In this document: positions 1 through 12,465 of the stretch, in pieces | How the letters are laid out: each line of letters opens with the position of its first letter | How positions within the stretch are numbered: the stretch's first letter is position 1 | From: Octopus bimaculoides | Taxonomy: Eukaryota | Direction: 5' to 3' | DNA: 64,000 nucleotides | Assembly (NCBI RefSeq): GCF_001194135.2 | Contig: NC_068990.1 | Span: forward strand, 19,000,367-19,064,366 | Made by a program: the position numbers and the translations under genes | The notes under the pieces: model-generated | What the model was told of the DNA's origin: nothing | Database searches by the model: none | Seen by the model: the letters and a program-made list of their open reading frames with translations, nothing else

Positions 1-30
1 ATATAAATATATTTATATATATATATATAT

Positions 31-1110
31 GGAGAATGGCTGCATGACTTCCTGAATGGTAGAAGTCAGACAGTTGCAGCCAATGGAGAACTATCTAGGG
101 AAACAAAAATATTGAGCGGTGTTCCGCAAGGAACTGTTCTGGGGCCACAACTGTTCATAGTGGCCATTCTGGACATGCCCACGGTCACTCGGAGAGCCAC
201 TATCACTAGCTACGCTGATGACACAAAACTGTCTCAGGCAATAAAGAATCCTGATGATATCGTAAGCCTACAGAATGACCTAAATGCAATATATGAGTGG
301 GCAGAACAAAACGATATGCAGTTCAATGCGGAAAAATTTCAAGTACTGCGCTACAAGGCCACAAGTCCCTCCCAACTGGCATACACAGCACCTGGAGGTA
401 CTGCAATCCCAGAACCACAAGCCGTGAGAGACCTGGGTATCATCATGTGTAGTGGTGCATCATTTCACATGCACATTGTCAAGTTGATAGCAAAGTGCAG
501 ACATCTGGCGGGGTGGATACTGAGGACATTCCGTATAAGGGATCAAAATGTCATGTTGACTCTATGAAAGACATTTGTCCTGAGCCGCCTAGACTATTGT
601 TCTCAGTTGTGGTCACCACAAAGTTTCAAACGGACAGCAGAACTCGAGGCAATTCAGAGGCACTATACAAAAAAGATCGCCACAGTCCAGCAGATGAACT
701 ACAGTGAGCGACTGCAGGCACTAGGTCTCTACTCCCTGGAACGCAGGCGGGAGAGATATGTAATAATATACATATGGAAAATACTGGAAGGACTGGTGCC
801 AAACTTTGGAATCAAGTACTACAGGAATGCCCGCACGGGTCGCCACTGCATGGTGCCAAAGGTGCCGTCCACTGCATCTCACATAAGAACGAGATACTGC
901 AGCAGCCTCGGTTTCAGAGGACCTCAGCTCTTCAATGCCCTGCCAACACATTTGAGAGACCTGCAAGACACGGATGTGGAGGTCTTCAAGACAAAACTCG
1001 ACGCTTTCCTCTCCACGATACCAGACGAACCAATGGCTCGAAATGAGACACAATTTAGGGCAGCAATGTCAAATTCTCTTATACACCAGATGTGCCATCA
1101 ACACTCTTGA
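31..1110 (+). pseudogene. LINE ORF2 reverse transcriptase fragment with one premature stop
   Basis: Track ORFs 112-567 and 607-1110 share a frame and are separated only by TGA at 565-567 (TL*K, likely TGG>TGA). YADD catalytic motif present. Confidence 0.93.
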
Positions 1111-1215
1111 TTGGACTATATCAGGTGCAGGAGAACAGCCATGCAAGGAACGTGAAGAGAGCAAAACATAAAGACAGAAAATCACGGTGGTGCTCCAGTA
1201 TGACCACAGCCACTT
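31..1215 (+). mobile_element. 5'-truncated non-LTR retrotransposon (CR1/L2/Jockey-group LINE): RT C-terminal half plus 3' UTR
   Basis: One frame from 31: GEWLHDFLNGRSQTVAANGE...SGVPQGTVLGP...SYADDTKL...QNDLNAIYEWAEQNDMQFNAEK...DLGI..., then YSLERRRERY...GPQLFNALP...FKTKLDAFLSTIPDEP to the stop at 1108-1110. The 3' UTR ends in GGTGGTGCTCCAGTATGACCACAGCC (1186-1211). Both ends abut (TA)n. Confidence 0.95.
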
Positions 1216-1216
1216 G

Positions 1217-1254
<38 letters not shown>

Positions 1255-1312
1255 TTCCTCTATCTATCTATCTGCACGCACACACGCACGCACATAAACA
1301 CACACACGCACG
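1216..1312. repeat. compound (TA)n/(TCTA)n/(CA)n microsatellite
   Basis: Seen directly. Confidence 0.9.
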
Positions 1313-3199
1313 TCTATTTAAAACCACCAGTTGAATTATCATGTTTTTATTTTATTGATTGTTTTGGCAAAGAAACAATGATTTTGCTTATTCAGTATCT
1401 CTGCTGAAAATGAGATTTAGTTTCGATACTTAGAATGATTATTTGGGATTCAAATGTTCGGATTAAATGTGAGTCATACCCATTGAAAACTAAACATGAA
1501 TTTAAAATAGTTATTCTACGAAATATATTGTGTAATGATTAGTAGTTAGTAGCATAAACAGTGAAGTTCATTTCATGTTAAGTAAATAAAGATATTGTGT
1601 ATTCTTTATGAGAAATTTTTCGGTCAGTCAATATGTCTTCATATAGGAAAGTAAATTCACAAAGTACTGCGTATTTAAGACGACATATAAATTTCATTCA
1701 CGTACACTACAAGATGTTCTTCCTTCCAAATAAGCATGCATTTTCAATATATTTCTCCTTTAGTTATATAAAAATTATTTATTACTTCAGGAGCATATCA
1801 ATATAGAGATATGATAGTTAATTTTCTTGTAGTTATACAGATATTTCCCACAAATTAAAGCCATTTAAAAGTAGAAATCCCGTATTTAATGAATGTAGAC
1901 AATTCTTTCATATGGAGTATATAAATGTCTAAAATAGCGTGAAAAACACATAAATGAACAATAATTCATGGGTAAGTTTTCAATTTTAAGACTTGTGTAT
2001 AGTATTAACATTTTACTCGCCACTTGCTGTATGATTAAGTTGATACGTACTTCTGTATGACAGTTTAAATAGAGTTATTAAAAAATGAGATCTTACTCAA
2101 ATGTTTCACATATATACCTATATGTAAAAACAGAAAATGTACATACATTCTGTTCAGTCAATAATATCGTAAAACTTAATATTTGAAAATCGATATGAAA
2201 ATTATAATAATTCCTATTGATGTTAATATTATATTCAGTGATGTATGTAATATCTAATGCAGATTTCAGTAACGAACTTAACGAATTTAGGTGGCAGATG
2301 CACATGGTAAGAATATGAACGATATCAAAAGATATGGTTTTATAACTTTACTTTGAAGAACAGCCTAGCACAAATGCGTCTTTGATATCAGTACAACTCG
2401 TGTGATCTTTGATGTTCTTCTTCTGAAGCTCTCTAAATATACTATTACTGATGCTAATGCTTCAAGAGAGACGTTCCGACACGCAATTATCTACTGAAGC
2501 CCAAAATCGCTATTCGTCAGCCCATAAACAATTGATGAGTATTCTGACAATCTTTTATATACTTTTCTTAGCAGGATATAATTATATTAATGATGATAAA
2601 TGGAATATTCTACATAAATATTTAAAAGATTTGTGTGAACAAATTTTAAAGAATCTGTATTAGACTAGCCACTAATATTCTCAGCTCAGCGATTTTGCAA
2701 GTCCAATCGCTACTAAATAAATAAAGCGGGATTGCCTGCATGAAATATGGTCATTTGTGACATTGTAGTAGTAGCATTTTGAAAATTAAGATGTATGAAT
2801 ATAAGGAGTAGATTTGATTTCAATTACGTTCACAAGTAATACAAGTAGTTTTGTGTTCAGTAGCTCACACTTTCAGAGTAGCGTTAAATTTATATTGTTC
2901 GTGATAAGACAACAACAACGCAGTTAGATGACCACCAGACCGATTAGACGTAACAATTAGACATCCGTTGAATTAAAATTTAACACATCATAGGGAAGTA
3001 ACATAGTATAGATAAATTTATCCCCATTTAATATGCACAATATGATGATGGTGTGTGTTTCTGAAAACAGAGGTAAACAATAGCAACATATTTCAATTCC
3101 GTTCCATTTTAACACTGTGAGCTGTTCGTCTCGTATAGAAATGGTCACCACGAGGGAAAATAAACATCGTAGATGCTTTTGCCTCCCGCAGAAACAGCT

Positions 3200-3490
3200 G
3201 GAGCTACCCAGAAATATTACAAAATTTTCTTTTGAACATCTCTGGATATCAGTTCTTCCGTATCATCAGGAGTTATCTCAAGGAAGCAAAGCTTTCTCCC
3301 CTTAGCCTGCATGCTCCGCATCTGTGGGGTAGTTATGACTGAATAATTTTCCGCATGCACAGGGATTCCATCTTCAATCCCTGTCAATCGCAGCTACCTT
3401 GAAATGGTTTCCTTATATCCCTACACGGTAAGGCAAGTCGGCTACTTCTGAGCCGTTGCAATCTGAGTAACTTTGAATCCAATTGTGTCT
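3200..3490 (-). mobile_element. possible highly degenerate Tc1/mariner transposase N-terminus
   Basis: Minus frame GFKVTQIATAQK*PTCLTV*GYKETISR*LRLTG...SVITTPQ loosely resembles the HTH pattern G.S..EIA..L.....TV....R...TG. Several stops. Confidence 0.2.
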
Positions 3491-5429
3491 AAATAGCGAC
3501 TCAAATACAAAATTATTGTTAAACGTCTCAACAGAAAATGTTCGTGTTTACTGCCACAAGCCACGGTGATGATTAACAAAGAAAAACAGAAAAACAGTAG
3601 CTACATAAATGCACCATCACCACCTGCTTACCCATGCGACACTCACGCCCATGGCTGTTTAAAATGTGGGAGGTTTTCTCTCTCCCCCTGTGTGGATTGT
3701 AAATTATACCATTTATCATTCGAAATATCATTGATAACTTACAGTATGGAATGAATTTCTCATAACTGACCTCCTTTAAAATATCGAGTTTTATAAACAC
3801 TTGTAATAAAATTTATCTACAAAAGAACAGTAACAACTATATAGCGAGGGTATGTTATTGCACGCCAAGAAATTCGGAAGTCATTATTGGGCAGTGTGAA
3901 TAACGAACAAAGTCAAAACTATTAAGTAGGCTACAAGATGCAACGAAAATTTTAGAAAAATAAAAAAGAAATAAGTGGAAAGTTTACCGGTGAGTGTGTT
4001 AAATTATAAGGCCTTATAAGAGAATGACTTTCCCCAGACACAACAGAATATGCTTCAACACACGAACTCTCATAATCTTACAAACCAAATCCCAAAACGA
4101 AATTATTTGACAAATAACTCATACTATTTGCGAAAAGACACCTAAAATCTTGAAATTAAATCTAGAACGTTTTGTCTCTTAAATGCGATACATTCCCTTT
4201 CTGGATGACATATCGTCCTGAACACTGGACATGAACACGACGAATATGTGTTTATCATTTTGATTCAGTCTTGGCAAACCCATTCTTGACTTAATGGACT
4301 ATGTATAAAAATCATACGCTTCCATCGAATTTCCATCTACTGCTTTAGCTTAAATCTGTTTAGTGGTTAATCGATAGATTAAATCCTGTGAATCTGTAAA
4401 CCGTAAAATAATTAAAAGAAAAACAACTGAGTTTACTTGTTTTGTATTCGTTGAGCTGTTTAATTTGAAACCAAAATAATATTAGATCAACATAACAGTC
4501 GATTATTAACTTATTTAATGCAATATTTATTTCGGAAGCACCTTGCTAGATAGGGGATATTTCTAAGTGCGCTGTGTATGTTATTTTGATAAAAACTAAT
4601 TAGTTCGTAATTCGATTTCAGTTGTTTGGAACATAAATATTATTTATCGACAAGTTTTGAAGAGCAATCATATAATAGAGTTTTATTCATTTTATTCTTG
4701 GATAGCTCGAAACTAAATAAATGCAAATGTGATCAAAGCAACCCTTAGCTTCAAATTTAGCACACTGCGCAACGCGAATTCACGAAGTTTATTTTGAATA
4801 ATAGTTTGTAATTTCTTTACTAATTTTTCACCTGACCTGGCAAGTGTCGCAGATCAAAAGGTAAGATAAATTTATATTGCAAGAGGTTATATAAGCCAAC
4901 GAAGGAACCTCTCATAGGTCGCTTAACTTGCAAGCAACAACAGTAAAATCTCCCCCTAATTCCATAATCCCGTCTTAGAAAAGAAACGCAATAGGTAAAA
5001 TAAAATGGTTGGAGATTTCTATCATTACAGATCAGCTGGATCGCACATGGACAAGCAAAGTAAATCCGACAATAAATCGCCTTTTAAGGATTTAATGATT
5101 AATATTTTGGTTCTACAAGGGACTAGATGCCGTTATTAGAATTAAGCTTATAAATAAATATGGTGCATAGAAACAGTGTTTATATCGTTAATAAACAAGA
5201 ACCGTCTGGCAAGGAAGCTGGAAGTGCACCACCTGTCTATATGTGAGGTATTTTCTTTGAAACAAACAACGTAGTATTCTGTGCTCTAAAAACAACATCC
5301 ACGTTAAGTTGGATATAAAAATTACCTTGTAGTACTTGTACTGCTTCTGCCGTCATTAATTACTAGTTAATAAGCCCTCTCGCTATTTGCGATATCAGTG
5401 TCAATCTAATGGACACTGTTTTTTATATA

Positions 5430-5820
5430 TGTAAAAGGACATGTAAAAAGGCTCTTGCAAAGCCACTGCAGATACTCTTTCAGAGTTTCTTTGCATGTGG
5501 TAAACTTCTCAATATGCTAAAAGAGGCTATAACATGCCCTGTCCATAAACGAGGGAGCAGAGCAGATGATAAAAATTACAAGCCCATCACTCTGACCTCA
5601 CATGTTAGCAAGGCAATGGAACGCATTGTCAGAAAAAAAGGCTGATCACGTTCCTAGAAGAGAACGACCCACATCGTGGCTGGAGATGCAAAGAAGAACA
5701 GCTCCGTTCAACTCGCTACTTCCCCCAGAACAATACCGTAAACAACACCGAGTAATTACAGGTGGTGCACCAGCATGACCTCAACCGTCGTCTGAAAACT
5801 GTAAAAGATAAAAGATATCA
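5430..5820 (+). mobile_element. internally deleted CR1/L2/Jockey-group LINE
   Basis: CKKALAKPLQILFQSF...LKEAITCPVHKRGSRADDKNYKPITLTSHVSKAMERIVRKK (RT N-terminal region) joins at about 5668 to a 3' end with GGTGGTGCACCAGCATGACC (5761-5780) and an (AAAAGAT)2-like tail. Confidence 0.85.
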
Positions 5821-6559
5821 TTGGCGAAGAATCGGCTGTTATGACGCCAATGTATATCTTTAATTGCACAGCTGAAGACAGAGGACGTCACGCGATCTGG
5901 CAGTTCCAGCAGTCGTAGTATGCGTCTATCGTTTGCTAAGGATGTAATTGAGATTGTTTTTATGCGCCATGAGTCCACACAAGAGGTCCTTTCAAGACAA
6001 ATAATGCAATATCCTGTATTCTATTCCAATAACCACGTTAAGGTAGCGATAATTGATTTTAAGGAATGTTTTTCTCTTGAAAAATATGTTTTCATTTTGT
6101 ATGTGCGTCAAGTAAATTCATGAAAATTAACATTTTTATTTGTAGAAGAAGCGTATTTCCGAAGTTACCTATAATATAACAGGTAACACAAGTGTGGCTA
6201 TCATTCCAGTAAGAGTATACAGATACACATTTAATCATTAAATATACGTTGTTATAAAATGTCATATAATATCTACAATATAATATTTACGTATTCATAA
6301 ATGTATATGAATCTTCACAAAACGCAGATTTAATTTGTACAACCAGCAACAAGAGCAGTCAGTACTAATATAGACTATCGTATCAATACTTCCATATTTC
6401 AAGTTGAGAAATCCAATACAATATACTTAATATTCAAAGCTTCACGCAGCTTTCAGACTTCAGCTAATATTCTTTGCTTGGAGCTTGCTATCCCGCGAGT
6501 CGCCTAAAGTAGTCATTTCACAATTTAAATACATTCTCGTTCAATACAGGCGGACATAT

Positions 6560-6757
6560 AGGTATAGGTACGGACACAGACACATAGGTGCGCGCACGTA
6601 CACGCATAGACATATGTATATACCAACATACAATACATGTTTATATATATGTACATATGTACGTTTCACCATTTCTCTCTTCTCTCTCTCTCTATATATA
6701 TTTATATATATGCATACATATATACATATATATATTTACACATATACTTATATATAT

Positions 6758-6789
<32 letters not shown>

Positions 6790-6790
6790 C
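6560..6790. repeat. compound (CATA)/(CT)/(TA) microsatellite
   Basis: Seen directly. Confidence 0.85.
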
Positions 6791-6905
6791 TATTTTACTC
6801 GTTTACTTGTGCCAGTCATTTGACTGTGCCCGTACTGGAGCACCGCCTTTAGTCGAGCAGATCGATCCTAGGACGTATTCTTTGTATGCCTAGTACGTAT
6901 TCGAC
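6791..6905 (-). mobile_element. SINE type B, 3' tail
   Basis: TTTACTCGTTTACTTGTGCCAGTCATTTGACTGTGCCCGTACTGGAGCACCGCCTTTAGTCGAGCAGATCGATCCTAGGACGTATTCTTTG; homologous to 60275-60480. Confidence 0.8.
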
Positions 6906-7165
6906 CGTGAATTTAGGTCGTGAATTCGATACTCCGCGATGCGTTGAGCCCTTGAACATAATACATTATCTGATGTTGCTTACGTCCACTCAGCTAGGAA
7001 ACATAAGCGGTGCCTCTGTTTGACAGTGCCAACTTCATACTGCTGACAACTACGTTACTGAGAACTACGTTAACATTACACCTTATATTCACGAGGATTG
7101 TGGATCCGTTGCACAGATCAACTGGAATACTAGGCCTCGTAGCCAAACGGTGTGGCAGTTACACA
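6905..7165 (+). mobile_element. degenerate CORE-type tRNA-derived SINE sharing its 3' module with SINE type A
   Basis: B-box-like GAATTCGATACTCC and CORE-like GTCCACTCAGCTAGGAAACATAAG (cf. 26990-27030). 3' module GAGAACTACGTTAA...CACGAG...TCCGTTG...GATCAACTGGAA...CGTAGCCAAACGG (cf. 31482-31607). Confidence 0.65.
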
Positions 7166-7179
7166 AAAGTTTTACATAA

Positions 7180-7352
7180 AATATATATGTATAAATGTAT
7201 GTCTATGTATTTTTATAAGTATATTTATATATGCATACATACACACATACATATACACACATATATACATATACACATATATACATATACGTATATGTAT
7301 ATATATATATATACATATACGTATACAAACATATATATATACATATATAAAA

Positions 7353-7389
<37 letters not shown>

Positions 7390-7470
7390 GAGAGAGAGAG
7401 AGAGAGATGGAGAGAGAGCTAGATAGATATATAGATAGAGAGAGAGAAGGAGAGAGAGGAGGATAGAGAG
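7180..7470. repeat. compound (TA)/(CA)/(AG) microsatellite
   Basis: Seen directly. Confidence 0.9.
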
Positions 7471-8560
7471 ATGAAGATACTCATATCTAATATCGGTAAT
7501 TTTCTAAATGAAGCACCGCCTTGGCCTCGAACCTGAATATATATTGTAATTAACTAAATTTATAAGTACATAAAAAGGAACAAGGAGACATCGGTCGCGG
7601 CATCGCATATACTCTAACATGTCTTTCTCTCTCTCTCTCTCTCTCTCGCACATATATACGTATGCAAAGAAGAATTGCCTTTTTAGCTGAGATCACATAC
7701 AACGCCATCAACGATTCCATTGACACAGTGAACAGCAGCAGTAGTACCATATATAAATAAGCATTCTCGTTGGAACATCAATGAAATATCTGTAGTACCT
7801 ACCACGATTTTCTTATGTACCTATGAAAGCATTCCAATAATTCATATTCAAATATCCCGAATGGTGACGTCTACAATACTTTCGGTCATATCTGTGCTCT
7901 ATCAGCCTAAAAATACCAACAATATTAATCACAAACTCTTTATCAGCAACGTATATCACCAAATATCACCAACCACGATTATATATCGCGTTATCCATTT
8001 AATAGAAATTTTAGAGATGATTTAACAGCATTATATAATACTGTTATACATTTGGCCAAGTAGAAAGTGCAGAAGGCTATTGAAAACAAACAAAATCAAA
8101 ATGATAGCATAAACGGAATGTAATGTTATGATTGGTCTATAAGTGTTGAATTATACCCAATAAATNNNNNNNNNNNNNNNNNNNNNNNNNNNNNNNNNNN
8201 NNNNNNNNNNNNNNNNNNNNNNNNNNNNNNNNNNNNNNNNNNNNNNNNNNNNNNNNNNNNNNNNNNNNNNNNNNNNNNNNNNNNNNNNNNNNNNNNNNNN
8301 NNNNNNNNNNNNNNNNNNNNNNNNNNNNNNNNNNNNNNNNNNNNNNNNNNNNNNNNNNNNNNNNNNNNNNNNNNNNNNNNNNNNNNNNNNNNNNNNNNNN
8401 NNNNNNNNNNNNNNNNNNNNNNNNNNNNNNNNNNNNNNNNNNNNNNNNNNNNNNNNNNNNNNNNNNNNNNNNNNNNNNNNNNNNNNNNNNNNNNNNNTTC
8501 ATGTAATTTTATAAAAATCCTCCTCCTCCCACCTTTACTACTCCTGCTACTATTACTAGA

Positions 8561-8633
<73 letters not shown>

Positions 8634-8675
8634 GTGATTATAATAATAATAATAATAATAATAGTGATGATAGTA
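8561..8675. repeat. (AAT)n microsatellite
   Basis: Seen directly; source of the poly-Ile ORF. Confidence 0.95.
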
Positions 8676-8694
8676 ATAAAAATCCTTTCTGATA

Positions 8695-8812
8695 TAGGCA
8701 CAAGACCTGAAATTTGGGGAAGAGGAATAATCGATTTCATCAACCCCAATGTCTCACTGGTACTAAATTTATCTACCCCGAAAGGGTGAAAGGCAAAGGC
8801 GACCTCTGCAGA
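8695..8812 (-). mobile_element. SINE type C, 3' part
   Basis: GGCACAAGACCTGAAATTTGGGG...ATCGATTTCATCAACCCCA...CTGGTACTAAATTTATCTACCCCGAAAGGGTGAAAGGCAAAGGCGACCTC is the reverse complement of the core and tail at 50112-50330. Confidence 0.8.
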
Positions 8813-8848
8813 ATAATAATAATAATGATAAGAAGTAGCGGAAGAATA

Positions 8849-9039
8849 ATGGTTTCAACTTTTGGCACAATGCTAGAAATTTCAGGGGCGGAACAAGTCG
8901 ATTACATGGACCCTGGAACTGAAGGGGTTCTTATTTCAGGGACTTTGAAACGATGACATCAGAGGAATTTGAAGTCAGAAGAAAAAAGACGGAGGAAATC
9001 CTGCTAAGCATTTTATCCGGCTTGCTAACGATATTGCCA
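8849..9039 (-). mobile_element. SINE type C, degenerate
   Basis: Tail TTTTGGCACAA...GTCGATTACATGGACCC and head GGAATTTGAAGTCAGAA...CTGCTAAGCATTTTATCCGGCTTGCTAACGAT match the type C reverse complement. Confidence 0.7.
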
Positions 9040-9101
9040 TCACAGTGTTTTATGTAGTACTGGTAGTAGTAGTACTAGACTAGTAGTAATAGTAATAATT
9101 A

Positions 9102-9250
9102 TATTGGTTTCAAATTTTAGCACAAAGCCAGTAATTATGGTGGAGGCGATAAGACGATTATATCGACCCCACTATTTGGTTGGTAATTTCTTTATCACCA
9201 ACGAAAGACTGAAAGTTGACTTCCGTGCAATTTGCGGTTAGATCAGAGGT
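9102..9250 (-). mobile_element. SINE type C, degenerate 3' part
   Basis: TTGGTTTCAAATTTTAGCACAAAGCC...GATTATATCGACCCC...TTTATCACC..CGAAAG. Confidence 0.6.
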
Positions 9251-9901
9251 AATAATAATAATGATAAGAGATTCAAGATGTCCACTCAATAAAAACGTTG
9301 GTAGTACTTTATTTGTCACAGACTGGAAATGAACTATCAAGTGAAAATTTCTGAGGAATGAACTGACAGAAAAAAAGAAGTGGTGTATCACCCAGCATTA
9401 GATTCGACTCTCTAACGGGTTTGCCGTCAATACCTAACTTGAAAAAAAATGGAATAATAATAATAGTAATAATGGGGAGATTATTGTCTGTTATTCAATA
9501 TTATAGTAAGTTACAGAATATGCAATTACTGACAATACTCTATGTGTAGAAAGATGCAAATACCTTGCATATATTTGCAGTATCGCCGAGAACAAGAAAA
9601 AAAAAATGAAAGAGCCGGAGTCATTTCAGTTCGCGCTTTGTATTTCGTCAATCATTCTGTCTTATAATCATCCGCGAAAATCTGATAAAATCACATCTTC
9701 GATGGATTAATTGGCACACGCACACACACATGCCAGACAGGCATAAGTAATAGCGATTACATATTTTTCCTTATTGTAGTAAATTCGACTTACAACTGTT
9801 TCCAGTAGTCATTATAAGTTCGTTAGGGATAGGTTTACTCACTCGGACCATTGGTTGGTTGAGAAAAATTGAAAGACCTAAGAAAGTGAATGTTACTTTC
9901 G

Positions 9902-9904
<3 letters not shown>

Positions 9905-9968
<64 letters not shown>
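9905..9968. repeat. (AT)n microsatellite
   Basis: Seen directly. Confidence 0.95.
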
Positions 9969-9972
<4 letters not shown>

Positions 9973-10084
9973 GTCGGCGTGTATATAGGTATGTGTGTTT
10001 ACATATATGTATTCTTAACAATTACTTCGATTTAAAAAAATACGTGTTAGCTAGGAATTTGTAATATATACAGTCGTAAAGTAA

Positions 10085-10185
10085 TACAGTAAAATAACCC
10101 CTCGACTTTCGCAGGTGTTACGTTCCATCCCCCCATCCCCCACTCCGCGATAGGTGAAAATCCCCGAAGCAGAAACAGTACTGTA
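10085..10185 (+). mobile_element. pogo/Tigger-like DNA transposon terminal fragment
   Basis: TA|CAGTAAAATAACCCCTCGACTTTCGCAGGTGTTACGTTCC...CCGCGATAGGTGAAAATCCCCGAAG resembles Tigger-type ends (from memory). Second TIR not found. Confidence 0.4.
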
Positions 10186-10378
10186 CTGTACATATATTTA
10201 TTTTATTTTTATAATTTGTATTTATTTATTTTATTATAAATGCAAAACAACACCACGGAGGAATCGACGTAAGCTTAAATAATAAACCGGGGTAGGTGAA
10301 CCGTGATATGGCGTAAACATTGTTAGCACACTTGCAATTTATTTGTCACAGTGCCAAAGAAGACGAATTAGTAGAAAA

Positions 10379-10440
10379 TACAGGGTGTCCGAGAGTTAAC
10401 TATTTATTTCAATGAAATCGGACAATTTTTTATTTATGTT
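10379..10440 (+). mobile_element. possible Tc1/mariner-type TIR start
   Basis: TA|CAGGGTGTCC is a typical mariner/MITE terminus; partner end not identified. Confidence 0.3.
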
Positions 10441-11075
10441 TATCATGTTTGATGTTTAAATTGTATAGATATGGCTCAGTCTCCATATCCCCTTTTTCGG
10501 GTAAAGACATTACTGTTCATAAAGACAATGTATTTTCATTTTATGCGAATACAAAATTTTAGAGTCACATATGTTTTGCATGTAGAGACTTGTATCATAA
10601 AATAAATATTCCAAATGTCTCCAAATTTATGCGTAGGCAACGGAGAATGCAGGAATTTTGTGCTAACCATTATATAAAAAATGACATGAAATTTCAACGA
10701 AACAATGAACGCGTGGTAGAAAATAGCATAACATTCATGATAATGATTTGTATGAAGAAAAATGCACGCAGCGAGAGGCGATTAACGGCTGTCAGTGCCA
10801 ATTTCCTATTACAGATTGTACAGCTAAAATTGATACACTGGAAAAATAAGCACATTAGCTCGCTAAAAAAACAAAACAAAAAAAAAACGCAATCTGAGGA
10901 AAAGAACTGATAATTTGCTATTAACAAGAATTCAAATAGTGGAAATAGAAATATGTCGTTGAGGAGGTCGCAGTGTTACAGCCCAAAGGAATATCGAAGT
11001 AAATTGTTCATGAATTCGATTTACATGACAAAAATGGCTCTTATAAGCTTGATATTGACCAGCATTCTTCAGATA

Positions 11076-11270
11076 TATTGGTTTCAAATATTGGAACAAA
11101 GTCAGCAATTTTGGAGGACGAGTTAATCAGATTACATCGTACCCAGTATTTACCGACCCTGAAAGGATGAAACGCAAAGTCGATCTGGGAGGATTTGAAC
11201 TCGGAATGTAGAGATGGACAAATACTGCTAAGCACTTTGTCTCGCGTGTTAACAATTCTACCAGCTCGTC
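11076..11270 (-). mobile_element. SINE type C, near full length
   Basis: Reverse complement gives head GACGAGCTGGTAGAATTGTTAACACGCG...AAAGTGCTTAGCAGTATTTG, B-box GAGTTCAAATCC and core CTTTGCGTTTCATCCTTTCAGGGTCGGTAAAT. Confidence 0.85.
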
Positions 11271-12255
11271 ATTCAATGCTTTAGTTATATTAGTGTTATA
11301 TATTGTACTGCTGCTATTGTCTTTACAGTGGTATAAAGTAATAAATAGTCGTATCATTTATATTCTAATTCAAACACCGCCGGGGCAGACATTGCTTGCT
11401 GTCATTTTCGAGTTAATAAACGTGTTCCATTTAAATGCTAAGTGAATTCAATCTTTTCAATTCTAATAATCCAAACAAATGCACCACATTTCTTATTAGT
11501 TATAAAACGCAGCAGTATTCCAATCACATCATTTTATAGTAAAACTATAATTAAATTTTGCTTTATCTATACGTTTCTAACACACGTGCCGCCGCCTAAA
11601 CCATGCAAAAGAATAATTACAAATACAATGATAAAAAAAGACAACAAAGTTGCACGTTATAACAGCTTATGACAAAGATTGTTCTTCTGATATCATTGAT
11701 ACTTTAAGGCCTGATTACTAGATTACTAATTACTAGATTAGTGTAATTCATAACACACATTTTCCTCTTTTTTGTTGTTGTACAAGAAGAAAGTAGTATT
11801 ATAACAACATTCTTTAGTCATAATATTATATTAGTGTGTTGTTTGAGGATATTCTAAATAGTAGGGTAAAAATTGTGATATCCATCTTTCATTAGTCTAA
11901 TCTCCCAAATGACCTTAATTTTGTAAGAACTGAAATTGGTACATTTGAAGCGTCGCTACTTAAAACAAAACATCACGTGTTAGTGAAATTGATAAACATG
12001 ACTGCCAAATCGCCCACGTCATGCAGTATTTACATTTTAATATAGCGCTGCCTGGAATGGTTTTAAACATAGGGCTATTCAGTAAGACTTTAAGTTAAAC
12101 AACAATGGAAAAACCTCATTTTTAGATAATAAAATTGAAGGTATCAGTAAATTAAGGCTGAAGTTTCATACTCGATACCCGTCCGTCTCTTTGAAATCTC
12201 CGTTATGTTACAACTACCTAATCAACAACATAAGTTATACATAAGGTATTAGTAA

Positions 12256-12465
12256 TGTTGGTTTCAAATTTTAGCACAAGGGAAGAGGAAGAGGTAAGTC
12301 GATTACATCGATACCGTAGTTAAATTGGTGCTTTTTTACCAACCCCGAAAGGATGAAATGCAAAATCGACTTCGGTGGAATTTGAAATCTGAACGTAAAG
12401 AAGGACGAAATACCGCTAAGTATATTGCCCACTGTACTAACGATTCTGTCAAAATCACCGCCTTA
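12256..12465 (-). mobile_element. SINE type C, full length, with probable 14-bp TSD
   Basis: Full head, core and tail. Flanks TAAGGTATTAGTAA (12242-12255) and TATGGTAGTAGTAA (12464-12477) differ at 2 of 14 positions. Confidence 0.85.

Noticed and set aside
4900-5050. Old SINE-like remnants (also about 26600, 33370, 53320)
   Set aside because: Too diverged to delimit or assign by eye.
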